DNA from: a virus
Lineage: Duplodnaviria; Caudoviricetes
Strand: one strand, 5' to 3'
Length of the DNA: 64,000 bases
IMG/VR virus record: IMGVR_UViG_3300020049_012431
Coordinates: 1-64,000 of that record
This document shows, in pieces, positions 1 through 7,687 of this stretch (position 1 is its first letter; every line of letters begins with the position of its first letter). Below the pieces are notes generated by a model. That model saw only the letters and a program-made list of their open reading frames with translations, was not told where the DNA came from and searched no databases. The translations under genes were made by a program, and so were the position numbers.

Positions 1-365
1 ATTCATTGTATTTAATTTGGACGCAGCTTTATCTAAGTCTTCTCAGACCTTGAGACATTCGTGATGCCCGAACCTTATTTTTTATTTCAGCTCGGCGTAT
101 GTATTTGAGACAGTTGGCTTTTCGCTAGGTCCATATTCCCACGGTTCCTAGTCAAGATTGTTTCAGGGGCCTTGAGTCTTCGCAGCTAGCCAGTGTTATC
201 CGGTTGTACGCATTTTTCACGGTCCAAGTGTCTCATATATATATGTTTGGATTGCTGCTGTGTTCTTTTTAAATATTTTTTTATTTGTATCCTGTTGATT
301 TTACTCGAGGTATGGCCCGGCCTGTAAAAACCCCTATAGTTTTTTCTGATAATATCCGACATAAT

Positions 366-851
366 ATGCATATGAAAAAGATTATCTTGGTTACAACACT
401 ATTATTTTGTTGCACATTGAAACATTCTCCAGTCAAGCCAGAGGTGAAACGTAGCTCAGCGCATAACTCCATTGTCGCTTTGGTACGAGCCAATGGCTTC
501 GTGGCTCATAGCAAGACAGTGCTGGCAATCATTGCGGCGTCAAAGGCATATAACGTCAAGCCAACACATCTTGCGGCCATTGCCGTGGTTGAGTCAGGCT
601 TTGGTCGATATGCGCGTACTCGATTGAATCGAAATGGAACGGTTGACCGTGGAGTGTTTCAAATCAATTCAGTGAACAACAAAAAATGCGCTGCATTCAA
701 CTTGGACACAGTGGAGGGAAATGCGTTTTGCGCGGCTCTCATCTTGAGCCACATGCCTGACGTGGCTTCATATCATTCGCGTACCCCGAGTAAAAAAATG
801 ATCTATTCCAAAAAAATCACTCAAGTTTTAAAATGCCCGACCGATAAGTAA
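366..851 (+). CDS. Lytic transglycosylase (SLT-domain) protein with N-terminal signal/anchor
   Basis: AIAVVESGF (catalytic Glu) and DRGVFQIN motifs of SLT/lysozyme-like enzymes; hydrophobic MKKIILVTTLLFCC start. The ORF track starts at 285, but ATG 366/372 is more plausible. Confidence 0.8.
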   Translation: MHMKKIILVTTLLFCCTLKHSPVKPEVKRSSAHNSIVALVRANGFVAHSKTVLAIIAASKAYNVKPTHLAAIAVVESGFGRYARTRLNRNGTVDRGVFQINSVNNKKCAAFNLDTVEGNAFCAALILSHMPDVASYHSRTPSKKMIYSKKITQVLKCPTDK

Positions 852-868
852 TACATACAGAGGAGAAA
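810..868 (+). repeat. ~58-bp direct repeat, copy 1 (putative early promoter/RBS cassette)
   Basis: AAAAAATCACTCAAGTTTTAAAA-N-CCGATAAGTAATACATACAGAGGAGAA, ending in an SD just before ATG 872; near-identical to 1104-1160. Confidence 0.9.
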
Positions 869-871
869 AAC

Positions 872-1105
872 ATGATTTTAAAAAACGACGTTATCGAATT
901 TGAAGTGTCGTATCGAATCAATGGCGACATTGAAAACAAGAAGTTTGTATCATATCAAGACGCTGAAAACTTTGCAAAAACTTTGGTTTTTGCCTACATC
1001 AACATTAAGGCGATTAGTCCGGACCGGTCTAGTTCATTCAGTGCTGCAGTCTCGAAAGTTCGGTCTGGTATCGTTGAAATGATTCATTCGCGATATGTGA
1101 TATAA
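872..1105 (+). CDS. Hypothetical early protein
   Basis: 77-aa ORF with GAGGAG SD. Confidence 0.7.
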   Translation: MILKNDVIEFEVSYRINGDIENKKFVSYQDAENFAKTLVFAYINIKAISPDRSSSFSAAVSKVRSGIVEMIHSRYVI

Positions 1106-1160
1106 AAAATCACTCAAGTTTTAAAAACCGGTTCCGATAAGTAATACATACAGAGGAGAA
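1104..1160 (+). repeat. ~58-bp direct repeat, copy 2
   Basis: Same sequence as 810-868 apart from a central ~7 nt; ends in an SD before ATG 1165. Confidence 0.9.
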
Positions 1161-1164
1161 TCAA

Positions 1165-1344
1165 ATGAGCAAAGAAAAGCTTCCTAAACTAATCCCCGGC
1201 AAAATGAATGTGCCTTATATTAAGTGCAAGGCAGGCAAGGCAATTGGCGCAAAGCTTGCGAAAGGATTCAAGGGACTTAAGGACAGACAAGCGGCAGTTG
1301 TGCCATTCAACACCCCAACACTTATTTTAAGAAAGGCGGCATAA
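1165..1344 (+). CDS. 59-aa basic early protein ending TLILRKAA (absent from ORF track)
   Basis: Read by hand: MSKEKLPKLIPGK...FNTPTLILRKAA*, with GAGGAG SD upstream. Confidence 0.75.
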   Translation: MSKEKLPKLIPGKMNVPYIKCKAGKAIGAKLAKGFKGLKDRQAAVVPFNTPTLILRKAA

Positions 1345-1345
1345 C

Positions 1346-1552
1346 ATGAAAATCACCTCAAAAACTTTCGAACTGCAAAAAAAGGACCTAAGAGAGCGGA
1401 TCAAATTTCATTCCGAACGTGTTGATAAGATCAAATCAGACTGGCCAGACTACTTCAATACGCCAAGGGACGTTTATTCTGATTACTGTTATTCAATGGA
1501 TGAGATCGAATATTTAAAGGCTCAACTGAGACAGTTGGGTGTCAAAGTATAA
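1346..1552 (+). CDS. Hypothetical early protein
   Basis: 68-aa ORF, AGAAAGG SD. Confidence 0.7.
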   Translation: MKITSKTFELQKKDLRERIKFHSERVDKIKSDWPDYFNTPRDVYSDYCYSMDEIEYLKAQLRQLGVKV

Positions 1553-1581
1553 AACACTTATTTTACGAAAGGCGGCTTAGT

Positions 1582-1794
1582 ATGAGTCAAAATAAAACAC
1601 AACAATATGACCTATTTTCTCAAATGACACTTGAGACGTTGATTCAAAATGAGAAAGCCGCCTTGTCTTTTTTGTCGAGTTCAAGTGACTTTTTGGCAAA
1701 ACAGGCAAAAAAAGACCTTAGTTTGATTCGTCAAGTCATGCATGATGTGCATTCCTATAACTGGTTAACTAAACAAGTGAGGGTATCAAAATGA
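1582..1794 (+). CDS. Hypothetical early protein
   Basis: 70-aa ORF, GAAAGG SD. Confidence 0.65.
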   Translation: MSQNKTQQYDLFSQMTLETLIQNEKAALSFLSSSSDFLAKQAKKDLSLIRQVMHDVHSYNWLTKQVRVSK

Positions 1795-1895
1795 AACATC
1801 GAGACGTTGAAAGACTTAGACGCTTAAGTTTGTATTTTTGGAATAAGTTGCGCGAAATGAGCCAATTAACACTCATCCTAAGAAAGGCAGCATAA
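1791..1895 (+). CDS. 34-aa peptide ending TLILRKAA (absent from ORF track)
   Basis: Read by hand: MKHRDVERLRRLSLYFWNKLREMSQLTLILRKAA*; start overlaps the previous stop (ATGA-type coupling region). Confidence 0.65.
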   Translation: MKHRDVERLRRLSLYFWNKLREMSQLTLILRKAA

Positions 1896-1896
1896 T

Positions 1897-2151
1897 ATGA
1901 ATTTACAGTATGGCGACACAGTACAAGGAACGATCCGCTGGTATGACTCACTTAGTGGCGAGGGCATGATAAGAGTCGGTGACGTGAGTTTTAGTTTTTT
2001 TGCGTGTAACGTGGTCGGCGCAAATAGTCCCTATCCATTCAAGGTGACCAATGTGGCCTTTAAAGCTGGGGACAAGGTGAGCGGCTTGATTAGCTCTGAT
2101 ACTGACATTGTGAGAGCCTTAGGTTTAGTAAATATAAGAAAGGCAGCATAA
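1897..2151 (+). CDS. Cold-shock-domain (OB-fold) protein, ends IRKAA
   Basis: GTIRWYDSLSGEGMI and FSFF resemble the CSD RNP1/RNP2 region. Confidence 0.6.
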   Translation: MNLQYGDTVQGTIRWYDSLSGEGMIRVGDVSFSFFACNVVGANSPYPFKVTNVAFKAGDKVSGLISSDTDIVRALGLVNIRKAA

Positions 2152-2152
2152 C

Positions 2153-2341
2153 ATGAAAAGAACATACGAAACAACGGTAGGGATAATTATAATAGACGGC
2201 AAAAAGTTGTCTTTAGATGGTAAATTCTTTTATTTGCCTTTAATTTATTTAGATTGTCCCGATAGTGTTATTGTCAACAAGGTGATTGACTTACAACGAC
2301 GCGGATTAAAACAATTAACAAAAGGCACAATTTATGCATAA
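2153..2341 (+). CDS. Hypothetical protein
   Basis: 62-aa ORF with SD. Confidence 0.55.
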   Translation: MKRTYETTVGIIIIDGKKLSLDGKFFYLPLIYLDCPDSVIVNKVIDLQRRGLKQLTKGTIYA

Positions 2342-2563
2342 GCTTGCATGGATAACAATGGTGATTTTTATAATGTTGGCAATAAATGACACAATGAATG
2401 CGGGATGGTAACTATGGACTTATATAACATGGACAGCAATGAATTGGTAAATATACTCATAGACGCCGAACGTGAGGGTGATAACAAGCTCTATGACGCC
2501 GTATTTTTAATTTTGCTTAATCGTGGTTATTTTTTAAGTTGTTAACATTACAAAAGGAATTAA

Positions 2564-2809
2564 ATGAAAAAAATTAGTGAATTGCAAATAAATGTGTTGC
2601 ATGTTTTTTTAAATAAAATGTCAAGACAACATGACACAATCAGTGCTGTTATCAGCTATGAGTCGGGCTTGTTAGGTGTAAAAGTGAGCAAGGTCGGTCC
2701 ATTGGGTGACAAAGAGGATCTTTTTTACAGTCTTAAGTCCATCATGGATCCAATTAACAGACTTGTGACAACGCAAGAGAGAAGCCGAGTGAATGCGTTT
2801 AGACAGTAA
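2564..2809 (+). CDS. Hypothetical protein
   Basis: 81-aa ORF, AAAGGA SD. Confidence 0.6.
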   Translation: MKKISELQINVLHVFLNKMSRQHDTISAVISYESGLLGVKVSKVGPLGDKEDLFYSLKSIMDPINRLVTTQERSRVNAFRQ

Positions 2810-2983
2810 ACACCGACTAAATGTTTGACAAAAGCGTTTTGCATAGTAAAAACAAGGTTTTACGCGAATATTGTCCGCGACCGTTAAAAAGTTCGACAGG
2901 CAACAAGGCACTAAAACAATTTAAACGCATGCGCGGCTTGGCACACCGAATGCAATACATATAAGTAACAGGGAGACAACAAG

Positions 2984-3172
2984 ATGGATAAAATGGACAT
3001 AACGCAACATAGTGAAACGGAATTAAGTTTGTTAGTGTATAATGACGAATATTTATACAGAGCAAGATTTAGACGTGACTTTCTTTCTATGATAGGCGAA
3101 TTATTTATTTTTACACAAGAACAAATGAATGACTTAATGTCAGTCCTTGACGAGGAGAGAGAATCATGTTAG
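2984..3172 (+). CDS. Hypothetical protein
   Basis: 62-aa ORF, GGGAG SD. Confidence 0.6.
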   Translation: MDKMDITQHSETELSLLVYNDEYLYRARFRRDFLSMIGELFIFTQEQMNDLMSVLDEERESC

Positions 3173-3268
3173 TCGCAACAATTAAAATAAAACACGGAGC
3201 TATTCAGCGCGTTTTTGAAAATAAAACAGCATTGCTTGAATACATTGCAGAGCTAACAATGTCCGGAA

Positions 3269-3718
3269 TTGAAGACATTACATACACTTATACTTTTAGG
3301 AGATAATATGAAATACAGCAAAAAGCGTACCAGATATGAGGGAAGCAATGTTTGGTTTGACAAGGAAACAATGACAGCCAAGTCATACGATCATTGGGTA
3401 TTTGTTACAAAAATATCCGGTCTAGTTGTGTTCAATGAACATCGTTACAGCGTGAGCACAAGCCGTCATCAACGCAAAGTGAAAGAATTACTTCAAGCAC
3501 TGGGCATCGTGATTGACTTACACGTTGACAGTCCTAAAAGTCTTACAGATATTGACGCTGCTATTGCTCACCAGACGACGCTGATTGAACGCATTGAAGC
3601 TGCTCTGGTCAAGGGCAGGGCGAGCAAACGATCTGAGCGCCTTGAGGCTATAAATGAATATAAACGACGCGCCGATGTGTTGCGTATGCTAACAGAGGGG
3701 GACGAGTCATGGTTTTAA
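3269..3718 (+). CDS. Hypothetical protein (likely start ATG 3308)
   Basis: AGGAG SD before 3308; helical C-terminus. Confidence 0.65.
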   Translation: MKTLHTLILLGDNMKYSKKRTRYEGSNVWFDKETMTAKSYDHWVFVTKISGLVVFNEHRYSVSTSRHQRKVKELLQALGIVIDLHVDSPKSLTDIDAAIAHQTTLIERIEAALVKGRASKRSERLEAINEYKRRADVLRMLTEGDESWF

Positions 3719-3891
3719 AACTTATTACTCTTCAAGCTGAGATAGTTAACGAAATAGGTTATTGTGATGGGTTTTGTATTGGTGATGTTGTGGACGTTCT
3801 CATGGTCGAGGGTCCAATTGTATGGGTTAAGGGAAATGTGCCGCTTAAGATGTCCGATGTTCTTTTAATTGACAGTCTTGGATGGAATTGA
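3709..3891 (+). CDS. Hypothetical protein
   Basis: 60-aa ORF overlapping neighbours in tandem. Confidence 0.5.
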   Translation: MVLKLITLQAEIVNEIGYCDGFCIGDVVDVLMVEGPIVWVKGNVPLKMSDVLLIDSLGWN

Positions 3892-4088
3892 TGGTGACAT
3901 TATTTAAAATATTGAATAAATTATTTAAAACGTGGATTGCTCTGCTTTGTTTATTTACTATGGTTGGATTATTTTTTGTTGGTTATTACAAAAGCAGTAC
4001 AGATTTATTGGCATGGTCAATTACTTGTATTGTATTAATATTTTTATCTTTTATTTTGCGCAAATGGTTGATTTGGTTGCTTAAATAA
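3882..4088 (+). CDS. Small membrane protein (2 TM)
   Basis: Two hydrophobic stretches. Confidence 0.55.
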   Translation: MELMVTLFKILNKLFKTWIALLCLFTMVGLFFVGYYKSSTDLLAWSITCIVLIFLSFILRKWLIWLLK

Positions 4089-4110
4089 TACTTAATGGGG
4101 GCGCTAGTTT

Positions 4111-4302
4111 ATGCGAAAAAAACTACCAGCGAAAAAGGTTGTCTGGGTCGTACGTGGTGAAAATGCTGAGCCTGTATTAGGATATGATCTACCCATGACC
4201 ATGGTCGATTTTAAGAATGTATTTTGGATGCATAGCTTCACTAAACTTCTCGCATCAAAACGAATTGCGCTGATTACACTTGACAAGGGAGTAATGCCAT
4301 GA
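4111..4302 (+). CDS. Hypothetical protein
   Basis: 63-aa ORF, GGGGG SD-like. Confidence 0.5.
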   Translation: MRKKLPAKKVVWVVRGENAEPVLGYDLPMTMVDFKNVFWMHSFTKLLASKRIALITLDKGVMP

Positions 4303-4874
4303 TAGTCTGGACAAAACAATTTGGTCGAGGTGTTTTTGCTTCACAAACATATCTACCCGGCGACACTATAGAGGTCGCTGAGATAATTCCTTTCACGCCA
4401 CATGACACCGAGACAATACTAAATACAAAGCTTCGACTGTATACCTACAAGTACAACAATATAATGGACTGTATTGTCCTTGGTAATGGTTGTTTATACA
4501 ATCATAATGAAAAACCTAACGTATCCTATGTCATCGAACAAAATAGCACTGGCAGACCTGTTATGGTGTTTAAAGCGTTGAATCATATTAGAACATATGA
4601 CCAGCTTTTTGTCTCATACACGCAGGATAGCCCCGGCCTTGATGTAACAGCCTATGTTGGGACCTATGCGAAAGAAACTGAATCCTTAGATAGAGAATTA
4701 GACATTGGTCCGGAGTGTTTTTTGAAATCGAGGGCGTTCTATGTTAGCCTTTTAGATTCTAACAAAAAAATCACTTTACGTATTTTACAAAATTATTTTC
4801 CTAATGCTGATTGGTGTCAAGCCCATATAGACGAAAGAATTAATAGGGGCGAATTGATTTATAAAGATAGGTGA
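4299..4874 (+). CDS. SET-domain protein (putative lysine methyltransferase) with C-terminal extra domain
   Basis: GRGVFA, LYNHNEKPNV (NHS motif) and LFVSY SET signatures. Confidence 0.85.
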   Translation: MIVWTKQFGRGVFASQTYLPGDTIEVAEIIPFTPHDTETILNTKLRLYTYKYNNIMDCIVLGNGCLYNHNEKPNVSYVIEQNSTGRPVMVFKALNHIRTYDQLFVSYTQDSPGLDVTAYVGTYAKETESLDRELDIGPECFLKSRAFYVSLLDSNKKITLRILQNYFPNADWCQAHIDERINRGELIYKDR

Positions 4875-4877
4875 GAC

Positions 4878-5102
4878 ATGCGAAAAAGACCAATAAAGAC
4901 ATCAAACGCATTCTTAGATAGAAGACTAGACCTTGGACCAAATGCAGAAAGTAACGTTATACAGTTTTATATGAATATTTTATATAGAAACAAAAAAATC
5001 ACTTTACGTGTTTTGCAAAAAGATTGTCCGAATTCTGATTGGTGTCAAGCCGATATAGACGAAAGAATTAATTTAGGTATTTTAAAATATGAGGGTACGT
5101 GA
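4878..5102 (+). CDS. Stand-alone paralog of the SET protein C-terminal domain
   Basis: NKKITLRxLQxxxPNxDWCQAxIDERIN shared with the end of 4299-4874. Confidence 0.75.
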   Translation: MRKRPIKTSNAFLDRRLDLGPNAESNVIQFYMNILYRNKKITLRVLQKDCPNSDWCQADIDERINLGILKYEGT

Positions 5103-5440
5103 TGTCATATATTATGATTTTTCTCATAGCAATTGTCACGCTAATTATCGTTCTTTCTATTATTTTAGATACGGTTTTGTTTTTTTGGCGAGCAATGCCT
5201 AAAAAGTTACCGAGAAAATACGATCATATCTTTAACAGTAAGGAATATGTATTTAATTACAAAGACGATAGAATAGAATTTATTGATAGGAATCAAGCGA
5301 TGTTTATGAAACGACCTGACTACATTAGGATTAATGACTCTCTGTATGTAGACGAACGTGTAACATTAGCTTTTATAGAATTTGATTTATATAGAAAATA
5401 TTTTAGACAAAACAATGTACTAACAAGGGAGAAAACATGA
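5099..5440 (+). CDS. Membrane-anchored hypothetical protein
   Basis: N-terminal TM helix. Confidence 0.6.
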   Translation: MMSYIMIFLIAIVTLIIVLSIILDTVLFFWRAMPKKLPRKYDHIFNSKEYVFNYKDDRIEFIDRNQAMFMKRPDYIRINDSLYVDERVTLAFIEFDLYRKYFRQNNVLTREKT

Positions 5441-5718
5441 CTTTAAATGAAGCAATCAACAGCGGTAAGGCATTTACTAGACCAGCACTAAAAGACCTAT
5501 TTGGGTTTTTTGGATCAGATGACATCGGTGTTGATGTTGTTTTATCAGCATCGGATATTGTTGCCACTGACTATGCCCTAGAGCCTAGCGAGGTGTTGGT
5601 GACACGAACTAGCCTAGCTGAAGCTTGGGACGATGTATCTAGACAGTTTTCAAACGTTAAGGGTAGCAATGAAAGTAAATTGTTTTCAGCACTACAATCT
5701 AGACTATTAGGAGAATAA
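5437..5718 (+). CDS. Hypothetical protein
   Basis: 93-aa ORF, GGGAG SD. Confidence 0.65.
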   Translation: MTLNEAINSGKAFTRPALKDLFGFFGSDDIGVDVVLSASDIVATDYALEPSEVLVTRTSLAEAWDDVSRQFSNVKGSNESKLFSALQSRLLGE

Positions 5719-5719
5719 A

Positions 5720-6064
5720 ATGTACATAGTAGCATATTTTGAACGTGTCTTTGTCGATGAGGCAGCTAATGGTGATGATATATTAGAGACTGGTTTGTGT
5801 CAGTATGACATTAATGATGATTTAATCGACAATGAAGTGAGTTTAGATCGTCACCAGTTAACTGATAACAGTAGTGTAAATGTTGTTGACGGCATTAAAC
5901 CGATTGAAACTAGTGGTAGTGATTGGGAAACTGACGAGGGCGATCAGGAAACAGTTTACAAACTATATCCTATTTCATTAAATACAATAAAATACCAACC
6001 ATTGAATGCGACATTTTTAGTTGATACAGTTGAAAGGTGGGTTCGTGACACACTTAATAGTTGA
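5720..6064 (+). CDS. Acidic hypothetical protein
   Basis: 114-aa ORF, AGGAG SD. Confidence 0.65.
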   Translation: MYIVAYFERVFVDEAANGDDILETGLCQYDINDDLIDNEVSLDRHQLTDNSSVNVVDGIKPIETSGSDWETDEGDQETVYKLYPISLNTIKYQPLNATFLVDTVERWVRDTLNS

Positions 6065-6305
6065 AAACTCGGTAACAAGCGCCAAAGAATTAAAATCAGT
6101 ATCCTATGAGCTACCTAGCTACGATGTAGGGTACGAAGTTACATATCAGTCTAAAGGATTAGACATAGAAGCTGTAATTATTGGTTTTAGATTAGATGTG
6201 CACATAGGTGTCGATGATGAGCTATGTACACAGGTTACATATTATTTGGATAATGGTGATGCTGTCCTTGAAGACGAGATAACATTTTACGCCGAACCGA
6301 TGTAA
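6021..6305 (+). CDS. Hypothetical protein (start uncertain, probably GTG ~6045)
   Basis: 94-aa ORF in tandem. Confidence 0.5.
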   Translation: MIQLKGGFVTHLIVENSVTSAKELKSVSYELPSYDVGYEVTYQSKGLDIEAVIIGFRLDVHIGVDDELCTQVTYYLDNGDAVLEDEITFYAEPM

Positions 6306-6635
6306 CGTGTTGTTCTCGCTTGTTGCTTCACAACACACATCCTAAAGAGACTTGCAACATGAGCATAGCCTATTAGTAAAGCGCCGCCTTACTATCAGTT
6401 ACGCTCAGCACACTATGTTTAAATTCATGTGTGAGTATGTTATGCTCCGTAGATACAATACCTATAACGTATCTATGTCAGTCTGTTTGGGCTTTCCGCT
6501 AGGTCCTAGATCTTCGTTCGGTTCCTAGTACGTGAGCTGCTAGCTTGGGAAACAAGGTTGTTTCCTGTAGGCACGCTTAGTCGTTTCTCTCAAAAGGTTC
6601 TTAAACAGTTTTTAACGGTCCCAAAACAGTTCGCA
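6306..6635 (-). ncRNA. Candidate structured non-coding RNA, homologous to ~100-230
   Basis: ORF-free, several hairpins, directly downstream of a minus-strand TTGACT-17-TACACT promoter; shares motifs with 100-230. Confidence 0.5.
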
Positions 6636-6640
6636 AATGC

Positions 6641-6669
6641 AGTGTATAATATTTAGACACAAAAGTCAA
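6641..6669 (-). promoter_or_regulatory. Sigma70-type promoter, leftward
   Basis: TTGACT (6669-6664), 17 nt, TACACT (6646-6641) on the minus strand. Confidence 0.65.
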
Positions 6670-6679
6670 GAGGAATAGT

Positions 6680-7060
6680 ATGAAGCACTTCAAACTAAGG
6701 AAAGATTTAAAAATAGATTTTTTTGGTATAAGGTTATACCGTATTGAAGCCATCAAATCTGGACCTTGGGGACCAGTAGGTACTTTAGGTGGATATATTG
6801 AAAGAAAAAGTAATTTATCAGATAACGCATGGGTATTCCGTGATGCTAAGGTATATGGTAATGCTCGAGTATATGGTAATGCTAGAATATTTGGTAATGC
6901 TTTGATGTTCGATAATGCTCACGCGTTTGATAACGCTTTTATATCAGGAAATGCTCGAGTATGTGGTGCCGCTCGGATATGTAATAACGCTTTAGTATCT
7001 GGTAGTGCCTATATATCTGGTAATATACAGGTATCTGGTAATACTATAATAGATGAATGA
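6680..7060 (+). CDS. Hexapeptide-repeat (left-handed beta-helix) protein, paralog 1
   Basis: Repeated xGNARV/xDNAxV hexapeptides. Confidence 0.85.
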   Translation: MKHFKLRKDLKIDFFGIRLYRIEAIKSGPWGPVGTLGGYIERKSNLSDNAWVFRDAKVYGNARVYGNARIFGNALMFDNAHAFDNAFISGNARVCGAARICNNALVSGSAYISGNIQVSGNTIIDE

Positions 7061-7259
7061 AAAAAAATTAGGAGAGAATATGGATAGAAAATTTGAATAT
7101 AGTCGCGGTACCGAGTATACTTGTATTGTTATTGTTAGTGAAGAGTTTATGCGAGTCACGTTCAGTAACATAACTTGTCCGCAAGGTACAACAAATGAAA
7201 TAAAAGAAGCCTTTTTAGATGAGGCAGAATTAGCTGTATTTAAAGCTTTAGAGGAGTAA
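7053..7259 (+). CDS. Hypothetical protein (likely start 7080)
   Basis: AGGAG SD before 7080. Confidence 0.55.
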   Translation: MNEKKLGENMDRKFEYSRGTEYTCIVIVSEEFMRVTFSNITCPQGTTNEIKEAFLDEAELAVFKALEE

Positions 7260-7261
7260 AT

Positions 7262-7687
7262 ATGTATATAACTAATATGAATTACTTAGGAATGAAGCTA
7301 AGCTCACAGAAGCTAGCTGAATATATTACTTCAAAACTACTAGAATTAAACATCGAAGTAACAAATGAAGGTGTTTACTCTGAAACAATCAAGCTTATAC
7401 ACAACGCGGATAATAGAATTTTTAAATCAACTGTAGTTAATAAAATTGTAATGAACCCTGCTGACCCTAGAATTATTAAACTTGGCAGGAACTATCTTGA
7501 AAGCACTAGATTAACAAAAAAACAAAGCGATGCGCTAATTAATTTCTTCTTTGTTGAGTTACCTAATAATGGTATATTGTTTGATCTTAGTAACGGCGAA
7601 AACGCTAAGTATATCGAAAACGGAACAAAGATTGCTATCTGGCCAGAACCAACAAACTTTCCTATAGAGATGACGGAGACAGTATGA
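7262..7687 (+). CDS. Hypothetical protein
   Basis: 141-aa ORF, GAGGAG SD. Confidence 0.65.
   Translation: MYITNMNYLGMKLSSQKLAEYITSKLLELNIEVTNEGVYSETIKLIHNADNRIFKSTVVNKIVMNPADPRIIKLGRNYLESTRLTKKQSDALINFFFVELPNNGILFDLSNGENAKYIENGTKIAIWPEPTNFPIEMTETV

Noticed and set aside
186-493. Minus-strand ORFs 186-371 and 281-493
   Set aside because: They overlap the transglycosylase 5' region and an AT-rich promoter zone and have no recognisable features
810-2155. CRISPR-like array from the early-region repeats
   Set aside because: Only 2 and 4 copies, spacing is irregular (100-300 nt), the intervening sequences are ORFs with SD sites, and there are no cas genes
6576-6585. AACGACTAAG (minus strand) identical to the capsid intron P7 region, suggesting a second group I intron
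   Set aside because: No matching TAGTC P7 partner, no P1/exon context and no interrupted gene; probably chance
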